Below are positions 63,946 through 64,000 of a DNA stretch of 64,000 nt, in pieces. The position numbers and the translations under genes are program-made. Source of the DNA: Candidatus Limnocylindrales bacterium. GTDB taxonomy: Bacteria; Chloroflexota; Limnocylindria; Limnocylindrales; CSP1-4. Position 1 is the first letter of the stretch. Every line of letters starts with the position of its first letter. Below the pieces are notes generated by a model, which saw only the letters and a list, made by a program, of their open reading frames with translations, was not told the origin of the DNA and did no database searches. The DNA lies in contig JBBQMH010000003.1 in the NCBI GenBank assembly GCA_038328755.1, positions 5,652 through 69,651 of the forward strand. The letters run 5' to 3'.

Positions 63946-64000
63946 TGGCGCCCCCGGACGGATTCGAACCGCCGACGCCAGCCTTAGGACGGCTGCGCTC
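63946..64000 (-). tRNA. tRNA-Arg (anticodon CCU), 3' 55 nt only (truncated by window end)
   Basis: The reverse complement reads ..GAGC-G-CAGCC/GUCCUAA/GGCUG-GCGUC-GGCGG/UUCGAAU/CCGUC-CGGGGGC-G-CCA. Anticodon stem, T-arm and acceptor 3' strand fold correctly. The 5' part lies beyond the window. Confidence 0.75.

Overview
High-GC (roughly two-thirds G+C by eye) bacterial chromosomal segment. It is densely packed, mostly housekeeping, and about 3/4 of the CDS lie on the minus strand. The left 4.3 kb is an accessory patch. It holds an Abi_C-domain gene heading a small minus-strand cassette, orphan ORFs with a possible frameshift, a PIN/Phd (vapBC-type) toxin-antitoxin module, and a 740-bp non-coding stretch. 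That stretch contains a dif-like site and two copies of a composite element built from DnaA-box-like motifs. Rightwards the order is: acyl-ACP desaturase, hflX, miaA, miaB, terC-family, PHP phosphoesterase, ymdB, rny, recX, recA, a small basic ORF, tgt, ruvB-ruvA-ruvC-yebC, an EF-G paralogue, hisA divergent from a TrpR-like(yerC)-hisG-D-C-B-H-F-IE operon, and tyrS. Next come a class A PBP, mutS2, a truncated mpg remnant, cvpA, pheT-pheS, rplT-rpmI-infC, thrS behind a T-box leader, tRNA-Val(GAC), two RNA methyltransferase genes and a flavoprotein disulfide reductase. A ten-gene translationally coupled minus-strand string follows: SBP, MA-peptidase, 2x DUF881, DUF951, MFS, processive GT2, asparaginase, amidohydrolase. 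The window ends with a GT-like gene, ettA, a DapB-like gene, nhaA, DUF4242, ridA and a partial tRNA-Arg(CCU). I saw no rRNA, CRISPR array, transposase or integrase. Gene order (recA..rny-ymdB; pheST-cvpA-mutS2; T-box on thrS) is Firmicutes/Chloroflexi-like despite the high GC, so a deep Terrabacteria lineage is my guess (low confidence). Recurrent oddities: three short tandem duplications (21, 21, 29 bp) at gene 3' ends; several genes whose conserved N-termini lie upstream of any ATG/GTG/TTG (possible CTG starts); -10 boxes placed 6-8 nt from ATGs (leaderless mRNAs); and ATGA/GTGA start-stop coupling. All calls come from reading the translations and the DNA by eye. No searches were run.
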